64,000 nt of DNA from Nitrospira sp. (GTDB lineage Bacteria; Nitrospirota; Nitrospiria; Nitrospirales; Nitrospiraceae), in the NCBI GenBank assembly GCA_019636835.1, contig JAHBWU010000005.1, positions 10,848 through 74,847 on the forward strand, given 5' to 3'. Below the pieces are notes generated by a model that worked only from the letters and a program-made list of their open reading frames with translations, had not been told where the DNA came from and ran no database searches. Position 1 is the first letter of the stretch. Each line of letters begins with the position of its first letter. Below, in pieces: positions 30,023-38,891 of this stretch. The position numbers and the translations under genes were made by a program.

Positions 30023-30322
30023 CTAGGCAGAAGGGGGACGGAATACAGATGTGAGTAATACCGGCAGATGAAGCACGGGCAGAAACTCGGTGAACACATG
30101 GAAGAAACGAGGTCTTTCCGGCTCAGGCGACGGCGAGAGCGCAGAAAAATCCTCGGAAACAAGTTCCGATTCCGTGAGCACATCCGAATTCAACAGACCA
30201 AGAAGAGTGAACGGTGCCCCCAGCATCTGTGTGAGCACACAGACACAGAGCAGCACCACTACGCATGCCAAACTAGTTGGACGGCATGAAGAGCGCGCTG
30301 TTATTCTGTCCATCGCAAACAT
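30023..30322 (-). CDS. Small signal-anchored protein ending in FRPP; candidate ribosome-arrest leader of the sulP-CA operon
   Basis: Hydrophobic LACVVVLLCVCVL segment, acidic/Pro linker and C-terminal SVFRPPSA; co-oriented about 140 nt upstream of sulP. Confidence 0.6.
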   Translation of the reverse strand: MFAMDRITARSSCRPTSLACVVVLLCVCVLTQMLGAPFTLLGLLNSDVLTESELVSEDFSALSPSPEPERPRFFHVFTEFLPVLHLPVLLTSVFRPPSA

Positions 30323-30417
30323 ACTTATTCATATACCACATGGTAGTGGATCTGTCATATGCTTACGCAATGGTGGAGCAATACTGTTGCCCTGTGATAC
30401 TCCGGCGGAAGAACAAT

Positions 30418-30765
30418 TCATGTCATTCGCTGAGCGGACCAGGAGTAGGCAGCACCGAAACAGGCACCGGCCACCGCCGCCTGGATGAACGCGTCTTCAG
30501 CATGGATGGCAAGAGACCACCAGACAATGGCGGCAATGAGACCCGATATTCCTCCAAGAAGAATCTTACCGCCTGCAAGTCGAAGCCAGTCCGTGAAAAT
30601 AATCCATGTGGTCATATACACCGTCCCGGCGGCAATGGCCGCCCAGAGATGCGAGAGGTCACGCTTAAAGAACCAAACCTGAATCGCTCCTACCATAGCT
30701 CCAAGAATCACTCCGATGATTGCCCGTCGTAGCAGTCCGACATATTGAAATCCGGCGTCGTTCAA
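30418..30765 (-). CDS. Small 4-TM hypothetical membrane protein
   Basis: AGGAGG RBS before a TTG start; four Gly/Ala-rich hydrophobic helices. Confidence 0.65.
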   Translation of the reverse strand: MNDAGFQYVGLLRRAIIGVILGAMVGAIQVWFFKRDLSHLWAAIAAGTVYMTTWIIFTDWLRLAGGKILLGGISGLIAAIVWWSLAIHAEDAFIQAAVAGACFGAAYSWSAQRMT

Positions 30766-30836
30766 ATCAACCTCCTACCTTTTGCGAAGATATCCCTTAC
30801 GTTGACGGTTTCTGATCAACGAGAAGCTCGGTGAGT

Positions 30837-32180
30837 CTAAGCCGGAGGACAGGTTGTTTGCCTGGTATCACGCCCTGGCCCTTTCGTCACTTCGATCCTT
30901 GCCACGCTTTTCACGTTCGCGCAGAGATCACCCAGACCAGGTGTGATCAGACGGAAAGGACCGCCTTTTGCTTCAGGTAGAGCTGCTCCATCAAGCTCGT
31001 AGACCAAAACCCCGTGTTCTCTGGCTTGCTCAAGCGTGAGACAGGCGGAATACATTCCATCCGAGGCATGAAAGACGACATGGTCCGCGTCGATCGCCAA
31101 AGCCGGAACATCGAGTAGCCCCTTCAACCGAATTCCTCGTCCCTTCATACCGGGCATGACTGTCGAAACATCCATTAGATGTTCGGCCGGCAATGACACG
31201 ATCGCCGCACGATCGAAGGACACCGGCTGAACCACAGCGCCCTCTATCCGAACGCGCCCCTGACCGGTCTGTTCCTTGACCGTGATGACTTTGATCATGG
31301 CCGTAAGCGCCTCATTCACCGGAGTCGGAATACCCAGCTTCCGCCCCTGCTCCACGATATACCCGTTCAAGTAATCGATTTCCGTCGGACGCCCCGCTTT
31401 CCAATCGTCGTACATGGAGGTATGGATATCACGGATCTCCTGTGAAGCCTTTACCACCCGTTCCGCCATGTCCAGGGGCAAGGGTACTTTAAGGCTTGCC
31501 GCAATGGCCGCGACTTCTCCGACGATCTGCCGGATGACACTCATCATCTCAGCATGATCAAGCGCCTTCGCCACACGGTCATCAATCAGCACCGTAATGG
31601 GGTTGAAGACACAGTTCCAACACATCTTCTCCCACTTCGAGCGGCGAATGTCCTTTGACAGATGACAAGGAATGTCGGCCGAGGTGAATAGGTCACGGAT
31701 AGCGAGAAGGCGCTCGCTTTCATACCCCATCAGTTCACCGATCGACACGGCCCCTTTTTTATAATGCTCGATCACGCCGGGCTCGGCGATCTTGGAATAG
31801 ATATAGGCAACGCCGCCCACCACGCAATCCCGTTGGATTCGCGCAAGAAGGCGGTCTTCGGTATCGATCCCGTTCTGTAAGGTGAGGATCACGGTTTTTT
31901 CAGTAAGCACCGGTTCGATCTGATTCAGGACCTCTTCGAGATCATAGGCTTTCACGCCGAGTACGATGAGATCCGGACGAGGAAGCTGGCGCACATCCGA
32001 AGCTGCTTGAGGCCTGACCGTAAACGTTCCATCGGCGCTGCGGATCGTTAATCCCTTTTGCTTCACCGCCGCCAGCGTGTTCGGCCGCAGCAAAAACGAC
32101 ACGTCAGAATTATTTTGGGTCAATCGCGCTCCAAAAAACCCACCGACTGAGCCGGCGCCGACCATCAAGACCTTTTTCAT
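30837..32180 (-). CDS. panE: 2-dehydropantoate 2-reductase fused to a C-terminal molybdopterin-oxidoreductase-like domain
   Basis: MVGAGSVGG, GVKAYD, LQNG, KWEK..WN, SMYDD and TEIDYLNG motifs; an extra ~140 aa containing ASDG.Y, GGPFRLITPG and NVKSV..IEV. Confidence 0.88.
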   Translation of the reverse strand: MKKVLMVGAGSVGGFFGARLTQNNSDVSFLLRPNTLAAVKQKGLTIRSADGTFTVRPQAASDVRQLPRPDLIVLGVKAYDLEEVLNQIEPVLTEKTVILTLQNGIDTEDRLLARIQRDCVVGGVAYIYSKIAEPGVIEHYKKGAVSIGELMGYESERLLAIRDLFTSADIPCHLSKDIRRSKWEKMCWNCVFNPITVLIDDRVAKALDHAEMMSVIRQIVGEVAAIAASLKVPLPLDMAERVVKASQEIRDIHTSMYDDWKAGRPTEIDYLNGYIVEQGRKLGIPTPVNEALTAMIKVITVKEQTGQGRVRIEGAVVQPVSFDRAAIVSLPAEHLMDVSTVMPGMKGRGIRLKGLLDVPALAIDADHVVFHASDGMYSACLTLEQAREHGVLVYELDGAALPEAKGGPFRLITPGLGDLCANVKSVARIEVTKGPGRDTRQTTCPPA

Positions 32181-32275
32181 GCGCTCATCCTCATGGTTGC
32201 GTGTGAAACGAGGCGTACTATAGCATGCGGTTGCGCGGCGACACAGCCGCACTGGAGCGAGAGTCCGAAAACGTC

Positions 32276-33010
32276 ATGGCGCCCGGTTCTGATCTTGGAA
32301 TTGTGAGACAACAACTCTCTGCCGCCCGAAGCATTACCGTGCTCACCGGCGCCGGGATCTCGGCCGACAGCGGTGTGCCGACGTTTCGCGGAGCGGACGG
32401 TTTGTGGAAGAACTTTCGCGCAGAGGACCTGGCGACGCCCGAAGCCTTCGAGAGAGATCCTCGCCTTGTGTGGGAATGGTATAACTGGCGGCGCGAACTG
32501 ATCGCCACAAAACAGCCGAACGACGCTCACAAATCCATCGTCGAACTAGAGCGCCGATGTCCGGACTTTTGGTTGATTACGCAAAATGTGGACGGGCTAC
32601 ACCGAAACGCCGGCTCACAGAAAATTTCTGAGATCCATGGCAACATCTGGAAAGTTCGTTGCACCGGCTGTGGCGTAGTGGAAAACAACCATGATGTGCC
32701 GATTCCCATCCTCCCGTCCTGTGTTCGTTGTGGGTCGCTGCTCCGGCCCCATATCGTCTGGTTCGGAGAATCGTTATTGACAGTCGATCTCGCCTCCTGT
32801 TCCAGAGCTCTCAAATACTGCGACGTCTTGCTCGTCATCGGCACATCCGGCGTCGTCTATCCGGCTGCTGGGTTCGCATCCGTCGCCAAAGAAGCCGGTG
32901 CGTTCGTCGCCGAAATCAACCCCGATCTCACCCCGCAGTCGGCGCTGGCCGACATCTCACTGCACGGCCGTGCGAAAGATCTTGTGCCGTTACTCCTCGA
33001 ACCGGTCTAA
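32276..33010 (+). CDS. cobB: NAD-dependent protein deacylase (sirtuin)
   Basis: GAGISADSGVPTFR, TQNVDGLH, HGNI, two CxxC pairs and GTSGVVYPAA. Confidence 0.95.
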   Translation: MAPGSDLGIVRQQLSAARSITVLTGAGISADSGVPTFRGADGLWKNFRAEDLATPEAFERDPRLVWEWYNWRRELIATKQPNDAHKSIVELERRCPDFWLITQNVDGLHRNAGSQKISEIHGNIWKVRCTGCGVVENNHDVPIPILPSCVRCGSLLRPHIVWFGESLLTVDLASCSRALKYCDVLLVIGTSGVVYPAAGFASVAKEAGAFVAEINPDLTPQSALADISLHGRAKDLVPLLLEPV

Positions 33011-33715
33011 AAGTGGAAACAGCTCCTCCAAGTTCTTAATGGTTTGAACATCTGCCTGTTGCCGTCGCCCCTCGCGGTCCAAGAGAACGGCGTGAAGTCC
33101 GGCTTTCCTCGCACCTTCCACGTCGTCTCGGAAGCTATCGCCGATATGCAAAGCCTCACCCGGATCGACTGCATGCTTCTCCAACGCGATTTGAAAGATT
33201 TTAGGAGCAGGTTTCGCGGCCTGGGCCAAACTTGAGATGGTCACCGTGTCAAATACTTCAGAAATCCCGAGTCCACGCATCACGTTAAATAAGCGAGAAT
33301 CGAAATTCGAGATGATCCCGAGTTCTAGATCCCGCGCTTTGAGCCGAGTCAAGGCGGAAGCGGTTTCAGGAAACAATCGCCATGATCGATGGTTCTCAAA
33401 CACACGAAACACGTGATCAAAGAACTCGTCGAATCGCTCGAACATGCCCACACGATAGAAGACGTGATGAACAATATCGAACCACCACAGCCGTTCACTT
33501 TGTTTGACTCGAACCGGTTCAACCGCAGCAAAGACCGGCGGCGAGGCTTCGCGAAACGCTCGGCTGAATGCCTGTCTGATCGCTGCCAACGAGTCTGGTT
33601 TCTGTGCAAAGCCGAATTCAACCGCATATCGAAGATAAATCTCAGCGACCGACCCGTGTACGTGAAAGAGGGTATCGGCTGCATCGAAAAACACAACTCG
33701 GATCGATGAACTCAT
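32990..33715 (-). CDS. HAD-IA family hydrolase (REG-2-like)
   Basis: FFDAADTL, ISNFD, KPAPKIF and HIGDS..DD motifs. Confidence 0.9.
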   Translation of the reverse strand: MSSSIRVVFFDAADTLFHVHGSVAEIYLRYAVEFGFAQKPDSLAAIRQAFSRAFREASPPVFAAVEPVRVKQSERLWWFDIVHHVFYRVGMFERFDEFFDHVFRVFENHRSWRLFPETASALTRLKARDLELGIISNFDSRLFNVMRGLGISEVFDTVTISSLAQAAKPAPKIFQIALEKHAVDPGEALHIGDSFRDDVEGARKAGLHAVLLDREGRRQQADVQTIKNLEELFPLLDRFEE

Positions 33716-33797
33716 GATGGGTCCGCCCTGATCTCAGTTCGGCAACCGGTCCTGTGCCGAAATACATTGTGAATCCAATCACCTATCGATGGTTTTC

Positions 33798-33826
33798 TTG
33801 ACAAAGAATACCCCCCTTGCTAGCTT
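33798..33826 (+). promoter_or_regulatory. Sigma70 promoter with extended -10
   Basis: TTGACA-N17-TAGCTT with TG at the extended -10 position, 31 nt before ATG 33858. Confidence 0.7.
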
Positions 33827-33857
33827 CGAAGAAACTAAAAAATTGGGAGAGTTTTTC

Positions 33858-35006
33858 ATGGCTTCGCCGATCTTTGTGGTAGACAGCAGCCCCGCAGTGA
33901 GACGGCTGGTAGAACAGATCTCAATTCCGGAAGGGTTTGAGGTCGTTGGGTTTCAAGACGGCCCAGCCGCCCTTGAGGCCGCTCGACGGAGTTCGCCATC
34001 GCTGATCATCGCGGACTACCATCTCGATAACATGACTTTTTCAGGGTTTTGCAAGGAGATCAATAAGCTGGACAACCTGACGGAAACGTATCTCATCTCG
34101 TTGGTGAATCCGGCTGATCGCCCGGACGAAAATCACCTCCGCACATTAGGTGTCAAAGCATTCCTGAAGAAACCGTTTCAATCTGACGATTTGCTCGACG
34201 TGCTTAAATCTCTTCAACAGAAACAGGCTGGTGCCTCGAACAGCAAGAGTCTGAAACGGCGCGTCTGGCCGCCGACTTCGACTTTAACAGACTCCGATGA
34301 TGATGAGGCGATCAACCACCCGACAAATGGCGACGGCCAGGAGGAAGTTATGGATCAGCTTGGCAGCTCACCCGGTGTATCATCGGCGCCACCAATCGCC
34401 TCTACAGCCCCCGAAGATGCCATGAAGGGCCTCTTCGACCAACTCTTGCAATCGATGACCACACGAAGCCAGCAGAGTCTTGCCGAGCTGCTCCCTCGCG
34501 TCATCGATGAGAAATTGGAGACCCATGTCCGACCCATCGTTCAGAAGGAATTGCAAACACAGCTCGGGAGCATCCTCTCTGAGGAGTATCTCGCAACGAT
34601 CATTCAGCCCCTGGTCGCTCAGGCATTGCCCGCTCTGATCAGGAAAGAACTAGAGGCCATGCAGCCCATGATCCGCCAAACCGTGTCCGAGGCGGCCAAA
34701 GTTTCTCTCGGAGAGAGCGTCGATCGACTGGTCAAGGATCAGGTCGAATCCGGGATCCATCAATACTTACCCGTGGCCGTGCGGGAACAGACGGGAACGG
34801 TCGATCAATTGGTCAAAGATGAGCTTAAACGTGAGGTGCTGAGGCAGGCCCCGCTACTGGCGGACGACTTGGTGAGAGCCGCAGTCGGACAAACCGTCGA
34901 ACAGGCCGTTCAGCGAATCGTACCTGATGTCGCCGAGCAGCACATCAAGGCCGAGCTCAAACGTCTGATCGAAACTGAAGAAGCGTCACACCCCTCTCAG
35001 ATCTAG
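33858..35006 (+). CDS. Receiver-domain protein with disordered linker and helical C-terminus (RomR-like)
   Basis: REC domain (VVDSS, IIADY, KKPF), acidic/Pro/Ser linker and C-terminal VQRIVPDVAEQHIKAELKRL; lies upstream of valS. Confidence 0.8.
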   Translation: MASPIFVVDSSPAVRRLVEQISIPEGFEVVGFQDGPAALEAARRSSPSLIIADYHLDNMTFSGFCKEINKLDNLTETYLISLVNPADRPDENHLRTLGVKAFLKKPFQSDDLLDVLKSLQQKQAGASNSKSLKRRVWPPTSTLTDSDDDEAINHPTNGDGQEEVMDQLGSSPGVSSAPPIASTAPEDAMKGLFDQLLQSMTTRSQQSLAELLPRVIDEKLETHVRPIVQKELQTQLGSILSEEYLATIIQPLVAQALPALIRKELEAMQPMIRQTVSEAAKVSLGESVDRLVKDQVESGIHQYLPVAVREQTGTVDQLVKDELKREVLRQAPLLADDLVRAAVGQTVEQAVQRIVPDVAEQHIKAELKRLIETEEASHPSQI

Positions 35007-35116
35007 CTTTTCTTGCCCCGCTTCCCTCGACGAGCCTTGGCCAGGGCTTTCACCCGCTTAACATTTTTCCGGTGTTTCTTTCGCGTTTTCCGATCCTTCT
35101 CACGACCTCGTGCCAT
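35003..35116 (-). CDS. 37-aa highly basic small protein
   Basis: AGGAGG RBS before ATG 35116; MARGREKDRKTRKKHRKNVKRVKALAKARRGKRGKKS. Confidence 0.65.
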   Translation of the reverse strand: MARGREKDRKTRKKHRKNVKRVKALAKARRGKRGKKS

Positions 35117-35261
35117 GGTCCTCCTACAGGATGTGTTTGATGATCTCTTGGTCGGCGACTGTATAACACATGCCTCAGAAGGCCACAAGCAGAGACTGAT
35201 GTCGTTTTCTGTGAGAAGCAGACATGTTAAGATGCCGACCGCACGTTGGGACCTGAATTCA

Positions 35262-38003
35262 ATGGCTCCACTTCAACTCGAAAAAGCCTATGACCCGAAA
35301 GCCGTCGAAACTCGATGGTCGCGTGAGTGGCTCGCGCGCGGATACTTCCACGCCTCACCGGAACAACCAGGCCAACCGTATTGTATCGTCATCCCACCGC
35401 CGAACGTCACGGGCTCGCTCCATGTCGGCCATGCGCTCAACCATTCACTCCAAGATATTCTGATCCGGTGGCGGCGCATGCAGGGACGTAATACCCTCTG
35501 GCTCCCGGGAACCGATCACGCCGGCATCGCCACGCAGAACGTGGTGGAAAAGCAGTTGATGGTCGAAGGCTTGTCGCGGGAGTCACTGGGACGGGAACGA
35601 TTCGTCGAACGGGTCTGGCAATGGAAAGCGACGTCCGGTAACACGATCGTCAATCAGCAAAAGCAGCTGGGAGAATCCTGTGACTGGGACCGTTTGCGAT
35701 TTACAATGGACGAAGGTTTGTCCAAGGCCGTCCTCGAGGTCTTCGTAAGGCTGTATGAAGACGGATTGATCTATCGTGGCGAGCGACTCATCAATTGGTG
35801 TCCACGCTGCCTGACGGCACTCTCGGATATCGAGGTGGAACACGAAGATGTGAAAGGCAAGCTGTATCACATCCGCTATCCACTGGCGGATGATCCAAAT
35901 TCCAGTTTGATCGTGGCTACCACGCGGCCTGAAACGATGCTGGGAGACACGGCGGTGGCTGTCCATCCCGATGACCCACGCTATCGTCATTTGATCGGCA
36001 AGAAAGTCCGCCTGCCGCTGACTACGCGCGAGATTCCGATCGTAGGCGATTCGATCCTCGTAGATCTGGAATTCGGCACCGGCGCCGTCAAGATCACTCC
36101 GGCACACGACTTTAACGACTATGAAGCCGGAGAGCGGCACAAACTTCCTCGACTTGCAGTACTCGATCATATCGCATTGCTCGATGCTGCGGGGATGCAA
36201 CGGGCGGCTGTCGAATCATCGGTAATCGAAATGCTCCGTGGCCTTCCTGTTTCCAAAGCGCGTCCCAAGGTCGAAACGCTGCTTCGAGAACAAGGGGTGC
36301 TTGAGAAGACCGAGGACCACAAGATGGCCGTCGGAAAATGCTACCGTTGCAAGACCGTCGTGGAGCCATATCTCTCACCCCAATGGTTTGTGGACATCAA
36401 GCCGCTGGCGGAGCCGGCGATCAAAGCGGTAGAAGACGGTCGCATCCGTATCATTCCCGAGGGTTGGGTCAACAACTATCTTGGTTGGATGCGGGACATC
36501 AAAGATTGGTGCATCTCACGGCAAATTTGGTGGGGGCACCAAATTCCCGCCTGGTACTGTCTGATTTGCAACAGTCGTCAGATCATCACTACGGACGGTC
36601 GGACTACTATCTTACAGAACGCCATACCGATCGTCTCCAAATCGGCCCCCACTCGGTGCCCGGTCTGTCACAGCCAGGAATTGATCCGCGATCCCGACGT
36701 ACTCGATACCTGGTTCTCATCCGCCCTGTGGCCCTTCTCGACCTTGGGATGGCCGGAGCAAACACAGGAACTAAAAACCTACTACCCGACCTCGGTGCTT
36801 GTCACTGGCCTCGACATTCTGTTCTTCTGGGTGGCTCGCATGATCATGATGGGGCTCAAGTTCATGGGAGACGTACCCTTCAAAGATGTCTATATCCATG
36901 CCTTGGTCCGCGACGCAGAAGGCCAGAAGATGAGCAAATCCAAGGGTAACGTGATCGATCCGCTGCACGTCATGGATCAATTCGGCACCGACGCCCTTCG
37001 GTTCACCTTGGCCTCGATGGCCTCGCCGGGACGCGATATCAAGCTGGCAGAAGAGCGGATTGAGGGCTATCGCAATTTCGCCAATAAGATTTGGAATGCT
37101 GCGCGATTCGCCTTGATGTATCTCGACGGGCCGCGCACCGCCCTGCCGCCGATGCAACGGACGTTTCCAGACCGGTGGATCTTGAGCCGCCTCGCTCACA
37201 CGATCCGCGCCGTCACGGTGGAGTTGGAGTCATACCGATTCGATCGTGCGGCGACAGTCCTCTATCAGTTCATCTGGCACGAGTACTGCGACTGGTACTT
37301 GGAATTGATCAAACCGGTCCTGCAAACACCTGAACATCCGGACGGAGCAATCACCAGGCATACTCTCGTGGAGACGCTGGAAACGACCATGCGGCTGATG
37401 CACCCTTTCATGCCGTTCATCACGGAAGAAATTTGGCAGACGATCCCTCATCAGGGAGATAGCATCGTCGTACAAAAGTATCCGGCCTCTGACGAGGGGT
37501 GGTCCGCACCTGATGCAGAACAGCACTTTGCATTGCTGGAACAAACGGTGGGGCTTGTCCGAACCGGCCGAGCCCTCTTGAATTATCCGCCGGGTCAGCA
37601 AATTCCGTTTCATGTCGGACACGACGCCCCGAACAGGCAGAATCAGCTCCACGAGTTACAACGGCACCTAGCCCACCTCAGCCGCGGCACCGCTGATGTG
37701 AGCCCGCCGCGCGATTGGCCGACGGCAAGATTGCTGAGACTCGTCACGGAAGGCCTCTCGGTGGGCATCATAGTCGCTGAGGACGTCGACCTCAAAAAGG
37801 CGATCGACCGCCTGGCCAAACAACTCACTGAGACCGACAAGGAATTGCACCGGATCAGCGGAAAGCTTAAGAATGCCGAGTTCGTGTCGAAAGCTCCGCC
37901 TGACGTGATCGTCGAGCATCAGGAAAGGGTGCAAACCCTGTCCCGCGATCGTGCATTGCTGGCTAACAGTGAACAGCAGCTCCGCGCCATGCTCGCAACC
38001 TGA
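35262..38003 (+). CDS. valS: Valine--tRNA ligase
   Basis: PPPNVTGSLHVGH, DWCISRQIWWGH, KMSKS and the C-terminal coiled coil; start trimmed to ATG 35262. Confidence 0.98.
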   Translation: MAPLQLEKAYDPKAVETRWSREWLARGYFHASPEQPGQPYCIVIPPPNVTGSLHVGHALNHSLQDILIRWRRMQGRNTLWLPGTDHAGIATQNVVEKQLMVEGLSRESLGRERFVERVWQWKATSGNTIVNQQKQLGESCDWDRLRFTMDEGLSKAVLEVFVRLYEDGLIYRGERLINWCPRCLTALSDIEVEHEDVKGKLYHIRYPLADDPNSSLIVATTRPETMLGDTAVAVHPDDPRYRHLIGKKVRLPLTTREIPIVGDSILVDLEFGTGAVKITPAHDFNDYEAGERHKLPRLAVLDHIALLDAAGMQRAAVESSVIEMLRGLPVSKARPKVETLLREQGVLEKTEDHKMAVGKCYRCKTVVEPYLSPQWFVDIKPLAEPAIKAVEDGRIRIIPEGWVNNYLGWMRDIKDWCISRQIWWGHQIPAWYCLICNSRQIITTDGRTTILQNAIPIVSKSAPTRCPVCHSQELIRDPDVLDTWFSSALWPFSTLGWPEQTQELKTYYPTSVLVTGLDILFFWVARMIMMGLKFMGDVPFKDVYIHALVRDAEGQKMSKSKGNVIDPLHVMDQFGTDALRFTLASMASPGRDIKLAEERIEGYRNFANKIWNAARFALMYLDGPRTALPPMQRTFPDRWILSRLAHTIRAVTVELESYRFDRAATVLYQFIWHEYCDWYLELIKPVLQTPEHPDGAITRHTLVETLETTMRLMHPFMPFITEEIWQTIPHQGDSIVVQKYPASDEGWSAPDAEQHFALLEQTVGLVRTGRALLNYPPGQQIPFHVGHDAPNRQNQLHELQRHLAHLSRGTADVSPPRDWPTARLLRLVTEGLSVGIIVAEDVDLKKAIDRLAKQLTETDKELHRISGKLKNAEFVSKAPPDVIVEHQERVQTLSRDRALLANSEQQLRAMLAT

Positions 38004-38006
38004 CCG

Positions 38007-38888
38007 ATGGCCATACTTCCTGCTGCAGAAATCCGCCGCGTTGTGCGCCAGGGCCTCGAAGAAGACCTCGCTCAGGGAGATGCCACGACCGCCTCGATCT
38101 TCTCATCCCCGGTGCCGGCTCTGGCTAAAATCATCGCACAACAGCCGTTGGTCGTGGCGGGAATGGCCCCGGCGGTTCAGACTTTTCTCATGGTCGATCC
38201 TTCCCTGCGATTGTCGGTCGCCAAGCGCGACGGCGACCGAGCTAAGAATGGAGAGGTACTCCTGCATATCGAGGGCGACGGACGGTCCATCCTGCAAGCA
38301 GAGCGGGTCGCTTTGAACTTTCTTCAACACCTGTCCGGGATCGCTACCTTGACGCAACGGTTCTGCCGAGCCGTGCGCGGCTACCCTACCGGCATCCTGG
38401 ATACGAGGAAAACTCTTCCCGGCTGGCGTGCGCTCCAGAAGTGGGCCGTTTCGCTCGGCGGAGGGATCAACCACCGACGATCATTGGGTGACGGCATCTT
38501 GATCAAAGATAACCATCTGGCTCTTCTCCGACGCAATCGACGACCGGTTGAACAGGCATGTCGATTGGCATATGTCTATCGGTCAAGCGCGCTTCCAGTT
38601 ACTGTCGAGGTGGAATCCCTCTCTGAGGTCCGACAGGCGCTCACAGGAAAACCTGACATTATTCTGCTGGACAACATGGCTCCAGACCTAGTTCGACGTG
38701 CCGTGGCATTGATCAAGAAGCAAGCCCTGGTGGAAGTATCGGGCGGCATCACCCTTAAGAACGTCAGAGCCATGGCAGCTGCCGGCGCCGATCGCATTTC
38801 CATCGGAGCACTCACCCATTCTGCTCCGGCGGCAACAGTCAGCCTTGTCATGACGGTAGCTCGGCCTTCACGACGCCGGCGTGCGTAA
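38007..38888 (+). CDS. nadC: Nicotinate-nucleotide pyrophosphorylase (carboxylating)
   Basis: LEED...GDAT, ERVALN, DTRKT, IKDNH, EVE, LLDNM and SGGI motifs. Confidence 0.96.
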   Translation: MAILPAAEIRRVVRQGLEEDLAQGDATTASIFSSPVPALAKIIAQQPLVVAGMAPAVQTFLMVDPSLRLSVAKRDGDRAKNGEVLLHIEGDGRSILQAERVALNFLQHLSGIATLTQRFCRAVRGYPTGILDTRKTLPGWRALQKWAVSLGGGINHRRSLGDGILIKDNHLALLRRNRRPVEQACRLAYVYRSSALPVTVEVESLSEVRQALTGKPDIILLDNMAPDLVRRAVALIKKQALVEVSGGITLKNVRAMAAAGADRISIGALTHSAPAATVSLVMTVARPSRRRRA

Positions 38889-38891
38889 TTG

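Noticed and set aside
35013-35261. 83-aa N-terminal extension of ValS, or a T-box leader
   Set aside because: ValS homology starts at about 35262. The upstream part is better explained by the antisense microprotein gene, and no T-box consensus was seen.
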